DNA from: Podarcis bocagei
Lineage: Eukaryota
Reading direction: 5' to 3' (one strand)
NCBI GenBank assembly: GCA_964188305.1
Contig: OZ076886.1
DNA length: 64,000 bases
Part shown: one piece after another, positions 52,901-64,000 of the stretch
Layout of the letters: each line of letters starts with the position of its first letter
Position numbering within the stretch: the first letter of the stretch is position 1
Made by a program: the position numbers and the translations under genes
The notes under the pieces: generated by a model
Databases searched by the model: none
Told to the model about the DNA's origin: nothing
The model's input: only the letters and a program-made list of their open reading frames with translations

Positions 52901-54451
52901 GAGCATTCAAATTAATGTTTAGCACTTTTATTTTGTCAAGTACTGAACAGGGAATAGTTGTGGGAAGCTCTTTAGAGAGAGCTTACAATTCTTATGAATC
53001 GTCATCTAAACAATTCCGCTCAAAAGGAAACTTGGCCATAAATGCTGACAAAGCATATATTCTTCCTGAAAAATGTGCACTCCTGGTGACAGGGTTAATG
53101 ATGTTTGAGCAGCCTCTCACCCTGACCTGCCCCTCCACATATTCCAGCTTTAATGCACTTGCATGATTTCACCCTTCCCCCAGAGCAGAGGGTGGGGAGG
53201 AAAATGGCCTCCACCTCCAGTTATTTTCTACATGGTTTAACCCCCTGGTGCCAGGTTTAGTGCCTTACTGCAGAACGGAATGCATTAAATGTGCAAATCC
53301 CAAGAGGGATGGAATAGTTTATCTGGTAGGGGTTAAGACAAAATGACAGCCTTCCTCATTCACGAGGCTTTTTCCAGAAGAATATTTCCAAGTCTGAAAT
53401 AATCAATATACAGCATTCTCTCTCCCCTCCCCCCCATTCCCAAATCCTGTTTTCTTCTATGGTGGTACTGAACTGGAGAACTGTCAGCAGCTTTCAGGCC
53501 CACAGAGAGTAACAGCCCAGCCTAATATCAGTTTCCAGATCTAGATACCCCCCCGCCTTTTTCCTCATGTCTCTCATCTGTAACGCAGAAAAATCTTTGG
53601 GAAAGATTTTAGCAATGTCACCTGCTCTAACAATTTCTGCTGAAGGATTTCTGGCCACCATTGAACTGATGCTAACTTTTTTCAGACATTATGCTTCTTT
53701 TATTGGAAGCATAATGAACCCAAGTCAATATTGGGAATGCTGGGTCCTGAACTCGGTGGCAGATAGAACCCAGAACCACACAGAACTAGAGCTTAGTTCT
53801 TAGTATGTGCTAAAACTGCTTAGGGTGCACTGCAGGAGCAGGGAATCATATGACTGAATATTCCCAGATGCAAAAATTAAAATAAGTTAAATTAGCTTTC
53901 CGCACAAAAAATTAGATACTAGGGAGAAGGGTTCTAGCTTAGCCTTCTCCTTGTTGTATTAGCTTTCTGTCTGTAGAAACCCTCCAGCAATCTGAAGTGG
54001 TACAGTCCAGACGTTTGGGTGAAATCTAAATTGGAAAGCTTTCTGCAACACTGTGGGCAGCCTCATTCCTTAGCCAGGGTAACGGGGCGGGGACCAAGAC
54101 ACAAGTGAACATTTCAATTATTCTGTTCTAAGAGGACTGGTCCCAAGGAATATTACCCGAAAATTAGTAAGAAACCTATGCTTAAAAAAAAAGAAATCAG
54201 AAAGCCATATGCTCCTAATTCAGCAATAAGCACTGCTACATGATCTCTTAACACAAACTCTTTAATTCTATAAATTGGGCTTGGAGCTAGTCTGATGATA
54301 CGGGAGATTAAGATCCTTGATCGACCAGGAAGTTTCACCAAAGCAAGTAAGATAAAACAAGTAGGATTACAGGATTAAGTGATATATGTGCTGCAGTTTT
54401 TCAATTTTTCAAATATTTATTACTCTAGTAGTGCTTGCCCTGGAACCTTAC

Positions 54452-54520
54452 CTTTTTGGAGGCTGTGGAGACATTCATGCCAAATCTCTGAGCCCTTTCC
54501 TTTAATTTGTCTATATTTAC
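54452..54520 (-). CDS. SARNP: SARNP exon, 69 nt (exon 9): VNIDKLKERAQRFGMNVSTASKK
   Basis: ttttctag acceptor, AAG/gtaagg donor; matches human VNLDKLKERAQRFGLNVSSISRK. Confidence 0.97.
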
Positions 54521-55839
54521 CTAGAAAAGTCACAGGAAACAGTTTAATATAATCTCCACTCATATTCTTAGATTAAGGAATCCTAAAGACAATACGCACT
54601 TACGCCAAGGAAAATGGAAGAGATCTGAAATTTAGTGTTTGTATTGATGAATTTGCTAAACCCTAATAAAAATCCTCTTTCTATACTGCAGCAACCCCTC
54701 TTACCAATTACGGAGGGAAGGAGAATAAGAAGATGGCATCCAGAAGTTCAGAATTTTACTGCAAACTGCTTCTAAGAAGGATTTGTGCTAGTGTTTTAGT
54801 AGAGGGATTTTTAAGAAGACTGATTCTTCTATTTTAAAATGTGTTGACAACAGTAAAAATGGAGCCATCACATCTGTTGTTGCCAAGTCAATTGTGTTTT
54901 GTGTATCTTCAATAAATCATGTTTAACGTATTGTGATATTTTGGGGATCTGATTTGCATTTTGAACTCTATAGCAACATGTATATACCATTCAACTCTTA
55001 AAGATAAACACAGGAAAGTATCAAAGAGAAAATATATTTTCACCAAATTTCAGCACCATCTCAGATTTGAGAAGATGCCATGTCTAATTACATTCAGAAC
55101 TAAGAAGCATTTGGCATGAGCTGAATGTTTTAGCAGCTTGCGTTGTGTCCCGCCCCACCCAGTGACATATTGGGGAGCAAGAAATTCTCTGTAAAATTGG
55201 GATCCATCTCTTTCTCTTGGCAAAGTTCTCACTGGGAGGCAAGAAGGAATCTTGCTGGGCGCTGCTTTGCAGATCAATTCTTTTAAAGTGCTACAACAGC
55301 ATTTTTAAGGACATGACAGGCAGCAGTGTCATTCTCCTCTCTTAGCAAATTGCTATGGGGTGTAGTGGCAGCCCTGCAGATAAAGTTGCAAGTCTGCAGT
55401 TGCCAACTTTAAAGGAGGCCAATCGGCACCCCTGCTTGATTGCCCGTTTCAAAAATAACTGAAACAGACTTTTCTTTTTGGGGTGTGATAAAACTATTTT
55501 TTAAAAAAAGTTCTCTACATTCCGTTTCAGTCCTAATTTGGCCAAGAAATTTACATTAGGGAAGTTTTGCATAGTTCCCTTAAAGCTATTTCAAGCAACA
55601 TAGCATCCTTTATGAGGAATATCTAATAGTTGCTAAATGAGCATATATTGCAAAGATTTATACTATGGGGGACCCTGGAATCTTTAGGTGGGAATCCATT
55701 TCATGATATTGTCAAAGTACTTCCCAAGTAAGCAACAGAACAGAAGACTGAAACTAGCATTTGTTCTACTAGAACGATCCTCAAGAAACACTGCCTAAAT
55801 TAGCAGGGCAACTAGCCCTTTGTTCTTAATACTATAATC

Positions 55840-56260
55840 AGTAGTGCACACAGTGCTTTGCAAAGTAACATAAGCAACACGTTCTAAAAGTGTAGCCGTG
55901 TTGTAGATTAATAAGTCAAAAGGAGTTAGGCTCCTATCTCAAAGAATTGACAATCTAAATTTTGACGATAAGAGAGTCATGTCTTATCGGAGGATGAATA
56001 TGAACAAATGCCCACACTTAGACATCATTTTGGCCAGAAGTGACAACTAAAGGGTTAAGCCAAAAGCTTCACAGAAGAAAGAAGCTTGAAGGGGAGGGAT
56101 GGTAGTGGTGAAGAGGTGGCAGTGGGAAGGAGCAACTTCCAGGCATAGAGGCAAGGGAGAAAGTGAAGAGACACATGAAGGAAAATAAAGACTTTTCAAG
56201 AACTGACTGTTGTAAACGAAGGTCATAAGCAAAGATGTGCCAGCAGAAACACAAGATGAG
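55840..56260 (-). mobile_element. Old, degenerate L2-like 3' fragment
   Basis: Minus reading ends ...LQASFFCEAFG, resembling the L2 ORF2 terminus, followed by L2-like 3' UTR text. Confidence 0.4.
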
Positions 56261-56999
56261 GCAAATCTGTTACGTTTGATGGCAATGGCAAGGCATTGGT
56301 GCAGAATGGGGGGGGGGGGAGGAAGTGATTGAAGGGATTTGAGTAGATGTGTCATATAACTTAATAAAAAGAGAAGTGAAGAAATGAATTTGGGCAACAG
56401 CTTTTTAGATACAGTGAGATGTGACAAAGCAAGGTCAAATAGAACAAATTAGCAGTAGTTAATGGAGGAGGCAACCAGAGAATGAACCAGTTTTTCATCT
56501 GACGGACCAAAAAAGAATGGACAGATCTGTTGGATATGGACTTTGTGGCAGAATGAATATGGGGAAGCCAAGGAGAAGGAAAAATGGGGGGGAGGGGACG
56601 AAACCAGCAAGGCTTCTTGCCTGGTTTAGTACCTTTGAACTAGAACAGAATCTGAAGTTGTACGTGGAAGAAAACCAATTAATATGCCTGATTTCCTAAT
56701 ACGATAGAATTGCTTTTAGCAATGGAATAAAGAACACAATAGACATACAATATGCATCTCATCTTCTACTCCATTAGGCACCAAAGAACCACAAAAAGTG
56801 AAAAAAGAAAGCAAAATATTTCAAAGAACTGGATCTAAATAAAAATTATATGCTTGTCTTGAGGCGCCCACTCACTAAAGAGATACTGTTTTTGTCTGTC
56901 AGTCCCCCCCCCCCAGGTGGATTCACTAGCAAGTTTTAATGAATGAAGAACCATTGTAAAACCAAGCCAGCTATAACTGTAAGCAAAGTAGCTACTTAC

Positions 57000-57025
57000 T
57001 GTAGTCTTACTTTCTGTCACAAGAC
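57000..57025 (-). CDS. SARNP: SARNP micro-exon, 26 nt (exon 8): (G)LVTESKTT
   Basis: tatttcag acceptor, ACA/gtaagt donor; 26 nt exactly bridges phase 1 to phase 0; corresponds to human GLSSDNKPM. Confidence 0.88.
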
Positions 57026-57968
57026 CTGAAATAGGGAACAAAAACCATTTTAAATTATCATATTTGAATCAAGCTTTCTTCCGATTGCCTAAATAGTAAA
57101 TTTAAAAAGTGGTTAGAATCAAAGTAGTGGTCTTAAAGCCAAAAAGCACTCAAAATATGCTTGAAGTGGAAATTTTTATTAGAATATATAATGGCTTAGA
57201 TTCCAAAATTAATAGGGCATTAGCAGAATAAATGTTTCCTGTTCTCTCCTCTTTCCTGCAATCTCCGAAAAGCTTCTCAAGGAAGCTTGGGGAGACCCAC
57301 CTGAACAAAATGGGATGGGAAGGAAGCTTTCTCTCTGTGAACTTTTTAAAGATTCTAGTCCTATATCCAGGTATCAAAGTACAAGCCTCACTGAGCTCAG
57401 TGGGACTTTTAGTATCTGCCAGTTACTACATCAGGGGTCTGCCATGTTCTGTGGCCTACACCAACTCTCTAGAAAGTCCATGCAGGTACTATGTGTTACC
57501 ACCTTAATTCTAAAATGATTTATCCTCTAACAGAAATACAAACATTCATTCTAATTGTTAATCCAGAGTTAAGCACTGGGAAAAATAAGCATCTACAGCT
57601 TTTGGTCCTTGCTTTGGCCCTTCAGAGACCTGCAGAATCCATCGCATTTAGTTCATAATGATGCCACGGGTTGGATTTCCAGTGGTTTAGTAAAAACATG
57701 GTATTTCCAAATCCAGGTTATTCTGGGATTTACTATGTAATTCCATAAAAAAGATTAAGTTATATTAATTTATCAGCAAGAGGATCTTGCAAGGAGATTA
57801 AAAATCCAGTGAATAACCATGGCTGGAACCATGTTGCTAATGTATTTGTAAGGGTAAAAAGACAATGAAACCTCATTTTCAACCCTGTTTTTACAGCATG
57901 GAAGAAAAATGGTCACAATCATTCAAAGGAAGGCAAAAATATGAGATACCGCTTCAAGAATCACATAC

Positions 57969-57997
57969 CTTTAGTTGAAGCTGCAGGCATACCAAAC
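57969..57997 (-). CDS. SARNP: SARNP micro-exon, 29 nt (exon 7): (R)FGMPAASTK(G)
   Basis: ctccacag acceptor, AAG/gtatgt donor; completes the RAARFG motif; phase 2 to 1. Confidence 0.93.
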
Positions 57998-58976
57998 CTG
58001 TGGAGAAGAGAGAAACCCTGGTTAGGGACTCTGAGGTTTTGGGTCTCTAAACCATGACATAGATTAGAAAACAATTTTAATACATGACATACCTAGACTA
58101 CTAGATTGAATCTACATAGCATTTCTGCCTTGTTCACAAGATAATCACCAATCAAGCAGAACAGATGGTCCAAAAGGGAAATCGTGGGTTATTCTTCCTT
58201 GTAGGTTATTCTTATTTGCCATTACACATTGTTTAATAATTGGATGTTTAAAGCTCTGGATCTTTCACAAGTCTTCAATGTACTTCTCTTGATATAAAGA
58301 GCAAGGTATCTTATCAGCAGATGGTAAGGTTAAACACACCTGTGTATGGTATTTTCCTCATTTTATAATCCCTTTCACGACCATTTGTGTTGCTCATGAA
58401 TAGCAGCACAGAAGTGAAAACATGGGATATTACTTAATTTATGATAATAATAATTTGTTTCATTTATTTGTCTTAACATTTAAAAGCATGTGAAAAGAAC
58501 TGACCATACAACCAGTTGTTCATAGATTTTATGGTAATTTTGACATCTTCTGGGGGGAGACAGACTTCTACCTGGAAAAGGACATTATGAGAGAAGTCTA
58601 CTACGCCCTGTTTTTGTTTTTCTAAATTATTATCTTGGATATTTCCCCATTCCCTTTCTATCTTTCATTGTTACTTAGTCTATGAAACAGTTTCTCTTAG
58701 AAGAAAGACTAAGATTTAATACTCTGGATAGGCTATGGAAGTATGAGGACAACTGTGAAATTCTATTTAAGCCATGCAAAGTTTTCAGGGTTCAAGCAAG
58801 CATCTCTACAAAGCAATGAAGCCATTTTTGGTTACCCACAACTCAAATTCCAAAGGTAGTCACTGCAGACAACTAGAACATGTCAGTTGCACAATGCATC
58901 TCTAATAAACTTTGATCTACACAATGGTTAAAAAGCAGCCACAGAAAACAAATAATGACAATAAATAAAGACTTAC

Positions 58977-59050
58977 CGAGCTGCTCGTGCAGCCTTCTTA
59001 CTCTCCAAACTCACAGGTACATTGAATCTCTCTGCCCGTTTCTGCATTCT
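58977..59050 (-). CDS. SARNP: SARNP exon, 74 nt (exon 6): RMQKRAERFNVPVSLESKKAARAA(R)
   Basis: ctttag acceptor, CG/gtaagt donor; peptide matches the SARNP sequence I recall; phase fits neighbours. Confidence 0.97.
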
Positions 59051-61554
59051 CTAAAGTAGAAGATAAAGAATACAAATATGGTAGGCAATATAGAAAAACA
59101 ATGCATTTTGTTCCAGATTTATGAGTAGTCATAAGTATATTCCCACCTGCATCTATCTATTAAACTTTTCAATCTCCTGCTTATTCCAAGATTTGGAAGA
59201 AAAGATGCTATGGAAGCAGGGCAATTGTTGTGGTGAGACACCACCAGGTCCATCCAAACACTGAGACTATCAACTTCTATTTCCTATCTCTACTTGAGAA
59301 TCTCTGACTGTTTCTCCTGATGCAACAATCAACATGTTTTAATGAGCCAGAGGTTATGACAACTCTGACAATATGGACACAGAATAAGTGGTAAACACCC
59401 AGTAAGCCTGTGTTTCTGTTGGTAGATATGAAATGATCCATCTTTTTTGCTAAGAGCATATTGAGGTAGGCGAAATTTTAAACTACCAAGAATACAGCGC
59501 CAATCCCTTAACAAGAGAGAGACGGAATAGTGCTAATGGCTGTTCCAGTAGGCATGCTTCTGTTCAGAAGCCTGGTTTCTCATTAGCCAACACAATATAT
59601 GGTATGTAACCTCATGCCCTTTGCTACAGCCATCGGTATTTAGAAGAACGTTTAGCTCAGAGGTCGCCAACGTGGTGTGCCACAGATGTTGCAGGATTAC
59701 AACTACCATCATCCATTAAATTCACCATGTTGGCTGGGGCTGTTAGGAGTTGAGCATCATCAGAAGGCGGCTGTATTGGCTACTTCTATCTTAGCTACTA
59801 TGAAGGGAAATGTGTACCTGCTTCAGACACATACACAAACCAGGGCAGCTGAAATAGATGTTGGCAGTAATGTTGCACATTTCAACCAGAAAAAGCTCTG
59901 CCCAGAAGTCACAGGAATAGCAGCCCCGGCATGAATACAAAATGAGCAACTTATTTCCCCACCTAGCTGCAAAAAGCAAGTGACAGCTCAAACAGATCAC
60001 AGCTGATCCGGAAACATGCAAAACAGAACTTCAACAGAAGTTAAGATAAAATCTCTCTTACAAATGAAAAGCAAAATTGTTTTACAGAACATGGCAGGAG
60101 TCCAAGAACATATGCTGGAATAGGCTCATAAAAAGGCTACATTTCACAAATAAATAATTTTGCATGGAACACATGATTCAACGTGCGTTCGTTTGTGGTG
60201 TAAATGAAAGATGATCAGACAAAGAAATTCAGTTACTTACAATAAATAACTGTATGAAACATGCAGATAGCCCAACATATATAGTATTTCTGCATGAATA
60301 GAAGATAGCTTCATTCCTAATGGCTAAAAGCTTCATGGATGCTGCAACATATCTATGACGATCAAATTAAAACACTTCATGGTATGACCTACTGTCAACC
60401 TAAGAAATGCACATTGGACAGCACAACCCATTGCTAATTCTTGCAAACAGTAAACATGTTCACTAAAGTGAGGTTTTCTACAAGTTGAGAAGAATCTCAA
60501 TTCCTTATGTGACCTGAAAGCAGTTCAAGTGCAGCACCCTTAATGACAGTGCTGAAAATAAAACCCTGTTGCTCTGAGAAGGTCATGATACATTAGGTAC
60601 GTCAATTGAGTCTGGAAGGTATTTACATTATAAAGTTTAAAAGTTTCATGAAACATCAAGGGATTTGAGAAAGAATGGAGTTTGGCAGACTTGCAAATCG
60701 AAAGCAGAGGGAGCAAGAGAAGACGCAAGTAGAATAATTTAATGATCCCTTGATGAAGGCTTCCCACAAAGTTTAGAAGACGTCACTCTTTCAGTACCAG
60801 CTCCATTTCAGATAATTTTCTATTTATTGTTTCTGGTTACTTGCCCCACCAAAGTAATAATCCATGATTTGTGACATCAGTCCTCAATTGCTGTGGTCAG
60901 CTTACAGGCAGATTAGATCTTGAAGGTGACAGTTGAACAGCAGGGAGACAGACTTGTGTTTTCATATCAGCTTCCTCAGTTAGAGAGAGTGCAGTGGAAA
61001 GTGATGAAAATAAAGGATTAAGGAAGCCAAACAGATGTAAGAGAGAAAGTGTATGCCAGGTTTATCCACAGAACCCTTTGCTCCCTTAGAAGAAGGCCAA
61101 ACTCTGTATAAGGGACAGATTACAGACGTGTCCATATCTCCTTTAATGTTGGAAGCGGTTCCTAACGCAAGTGTGGAGAAAGAGCCACAGAATGAGAAGA
61201 GAACAATTTGAAGGGCAGATATGGAGGCATAGCAAATACATTTCATCTCACACTGCGAAATAATAAGTAATCAGTTCTCCAAAACTGGTCTAGTGATCTC
61301 TCTTGCCAATGCAAGCCAAAAGATAACACAGGCTGTATTCATTTACTAATTGCAATAGAGCTACATATCATAAAGCTAATAGAGACTACAGCAACAGATA
61401 TATGTGGCATAGGAGAATTAAGGCTAATAAGACACAGTACAAACTACAACTACTGAATCCAAAGCTAACTTTTTCAGTTTTTAGGCAGAAGTGGGGAAAG
61501 CTGCTTATCAGTGATGCAATAGTAGGGGATTCCTGCATTGGCAGGAGATTAGAC

Positions 61555-62107
61555 TTGTTGTTTAGTCGTTTAGTCGTGCCCGACTCTTCGTGACCCCATG
61601 GACCAGAGCACGCCAGGCACTCCTGTCTTCCACTGCCTCCTGCAGTTTGGTCAAACTCATGCTGGTAGCTTCAAGAACACTGTCGAACCATCTCGTCCTC
61701 TGTCGTCCCCATCTTTCCCAACATCAGGGTCTTTTCCAGGGAGTCTTCTCTTCTCATGAGGTGGCCAAAGTATTGGAGCCTCAGCTTCAGGATCTGCCCT
61801 TCCAGTGAGCACTCAGGGCTGATTTCCTTAAGAATGGAAAGGTTTGATCTTCTTGCAGTCCATGGGACTCTCAAGAGTCTCCTCCAGCACCATAATTCAA
61901 AAGCATCAATTCTTCGGCGATCAGCCTTCTTTATGGTTCAGCTCTCACTTCCATACATCACTACTGGGAAAACCATAGCTTTAACTATACGGACCTGGCA
62001 AGGTGATGTCTCTGCTTTTTAAGATGCTGTCTAGGTTTGTCATTGCTTTTCTCCCAAGAAGCAGGTGTCTTTTAATTTCGTGACTGCTGTCACCATCTGC
62101 AGTGATC
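61555..62107 (-). mobile_element. BovB (RTE-clade) LINE 3' fragment
   Basis: Minus ORF RVPWTARRSNLSILKEISPECSLEGQILKLRLQYFGHLMRREDSLEKTLMLGK is the BovB RT C-terminus; tail gactaaacgactaaacaacaa; small internal deletions. Confidence 0.95.
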
Positions 62108-62199
62108 AAAGTCCCTCCTTCCAACTCTCTGATAGCTTAGCACAAGGGGTCAGAGTTGCAGTTCACAATTTCTGGCAGGCACAGTGTTGGCTACTGCTG

Positions 62200-62600
62200 T
62201 GCTGGACCATGGCTTAGCCTGTATAAACCCAAGCATGGTGTAATGTTTACACGTTTCCCTCAACCCTTTCCTCTTCCTTCATGGCCAGAAAGATGACTTC
62301 AGCAGAGTTTATTTCACTTTTTAACATTACATTTGAACCAAGAACCCTGGTTTAAGCTAAACAGTTAGTTGAACAAACCAACTTCATAGCCTATGGTCTG
62401 AAGCTGGTTAAGAACTGACAAGAGTCTGTTTCAAATAAGAATCCCTGGTTCAAATGTAATATTAAGCCAGGTTCTTTAAAAGTAAAGCTAAACCTTGCTG
62501 AAGTCCTCCTCCTCGTCATGTAAAAGCAGGGGAAGGAGAGAAACATACTTGGGCTCAACTACATAGCACTAATATATGGCTTAGTGTTAATGTGAATGTA
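62200..62600. repeat. Imperfect foldback element of an AAACCATGGTTT-rich family (relatives at about 27190-27430, 27790-27890, 40490-40680, 50040-50410)
   Basis: Inverted pairs attacatttgaacca/tggttcaaatgtaat and gacttcagca/tgctgaagtc; shared taagccaaaccatggtttag-like motifs among copies. Confidence 0.6.
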
Positions 62601-63048
62601 CCTATGACTTTATTATACAGAAGCAGTTCAGAGGAAATGGGGGGGGGGGATATTGCTTCCTGCTATGTAAAATGGCTCAAGCAGTCCCCGTTCCCCATCT
62701 TTCCACAGTAAACAAGCCAAAATTCTCCATGATGGCTGAACTCCAGGAACTGTGTTTTGTTTAAACTATGCTTTGTGAGAACTGTGGTTTGTTTACAATG
62801 GGAAGCAGATGCTCCCAATATCTCTTTCTAGTGCCCAAAAGCAGAGGAGAGAGGAAGGTGAACAACCTGGTAATAGCAGACCAACAGCAGACTAGAAAAA
62901 GAAAAACTCAGTAACATACACTATAAAACACTGGCCGAATCTGAGCTACATGTGCTAAAATTATGGTGGAGACAGAACACTATTTCCAAATGTGGGAGAC
63001 TAGTTGTTAAACTCAGATGAAAATAATTGGAAAAAGAGAAAACCTTAC

Positions 63049-63100
63049 CTCCGTTTGTGGAATTTCTGAGGCAATTTTCACCACCTTCTTCTCTGCACCT
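63049..63100 (-). CDS. SARNP: SARNP internal exon, 52 nt (exon 5 by analogy to human): GAEKKVVKIASEIPQTE
   Basis: ttcctctag acceptor, GAG/gtaagg donor; peptide matches SARNP AEKKVVKITSEIPQTE. Confidence 0.95.
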
Positions 63101-64000
63101 CTAGAGGAAGATAAATTGACAGACTGAAGCATAAATAACATATCATCTGTGTCTATTTTCAACAATTTAATCTGTAGCCAAGCCTGAACTATTTCCTGCA
63201 AGTGGTTTTTGAAGAACATTTGACTATGACTGCAGTTTCTGTTTGAGCTCCAGAAGTCTGTCCTGTCTTCCCTAAAGCTGTTGTCAGTGTAACAATAATT
63301 TATATTTGAAAAATGCTCAGTAAACACTATTTTAATAAGAGGTGTTCTACTTCAATAATATACCTCTTTAAAAAATAGGAAGCTATATTGACACAATTCA
63401 GCAAAATACTGGCAATACCAGGATAAGGAGACATTAAAAATCAGCATCTGGTGGTACTGATTAATAAAATTTTAAAAATGGGTGGGGTGGGGTGGTGAAA
63501 TAAAGGATAATTGATTATGAAATCCAAACTTCCTCAGAATTAATTTTATGTGGTCATAAACAATCTTTTCTTTAAGATAAATGTAGGGATTTAATAAGAA
63601 ATTACATTGGCAAAGAAACCATGGAAAATGTAGTATCAATTGAAGGTAAGATTAGGGAAAGTTGCATATTGCATTAACTGATATGATAACAAGTTATTTT
63701 GGAATTTGTAAAATATATGTAGAAACATACATATATATTGAATGAGACCTAAGTAACAGGAAAATGATACAAAATACATTGTAAAAAATTAGATTTGAAG
63801 ATGGAATAAAAGATGAAATCACTAAATGGGATCTGTGTGCCTAACGGCCTGGTGGATGGTCAGCCAGTTTGTTAATTTAGATTTTGTACATGCTCAGAAA
63901 CCAACAAGAAACATGATTGCTTACAGACTATATAGTTTCTAACCAGGAAGAGACAGGCAACAGTAACAGCACGTGCTGAAACTGAACGAGTCTGCAGTTC

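Larger units (their letters stand above)
26571..54451 (-). other. SARNP: Large SARNP intron (27.9 kb) between the 69-nt and 90-nt exons
   Basis: Bounded by the GT donor at 54451 and AG acceptor at 26571; both flanks phase 0 and the peptide is contiguous across it. Confidence 0.9.

Overview
Eukaryotic DNA from a squamate reptile. The repeat set (Sauria SINEs, BovB, CR1, young L2, RTE-X-like, Tc1/pogo and hAT MITEs) points to a lacertid-type lizard. Two genes face each other tail to tail. The + strand carries the last coding exon of GDF11 (340-720; RSRR furin site and the full 109-aa mature TGF-beta domain), followed by a probably very long 3' UTR. The - strand carries the last seven coding exons of SARNP/CIP29 (63049-63100 down to 24415-24456), all with canonical GT-AG boundaries and consistent phases; the 5' exons lie beyond the window end. 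The 27.9-kb SARNP intron (26571-54451) is the most interesting part. It holds several motif-dense, enhancer-like blocks (candidate GDF11 enhancers in a bystander gene) and same-strand, coding-like but disrupted segments at about 44.4-47.0 kb and 34.6-35.8 kb that may be a fossil nested gene or cryptic SARNP exons. Most short ORFs in the supplied track are chance ORFs or repeat-derived. There are no prokaryotic-type systems. Everything was read by eye; no alignments or searches were run.
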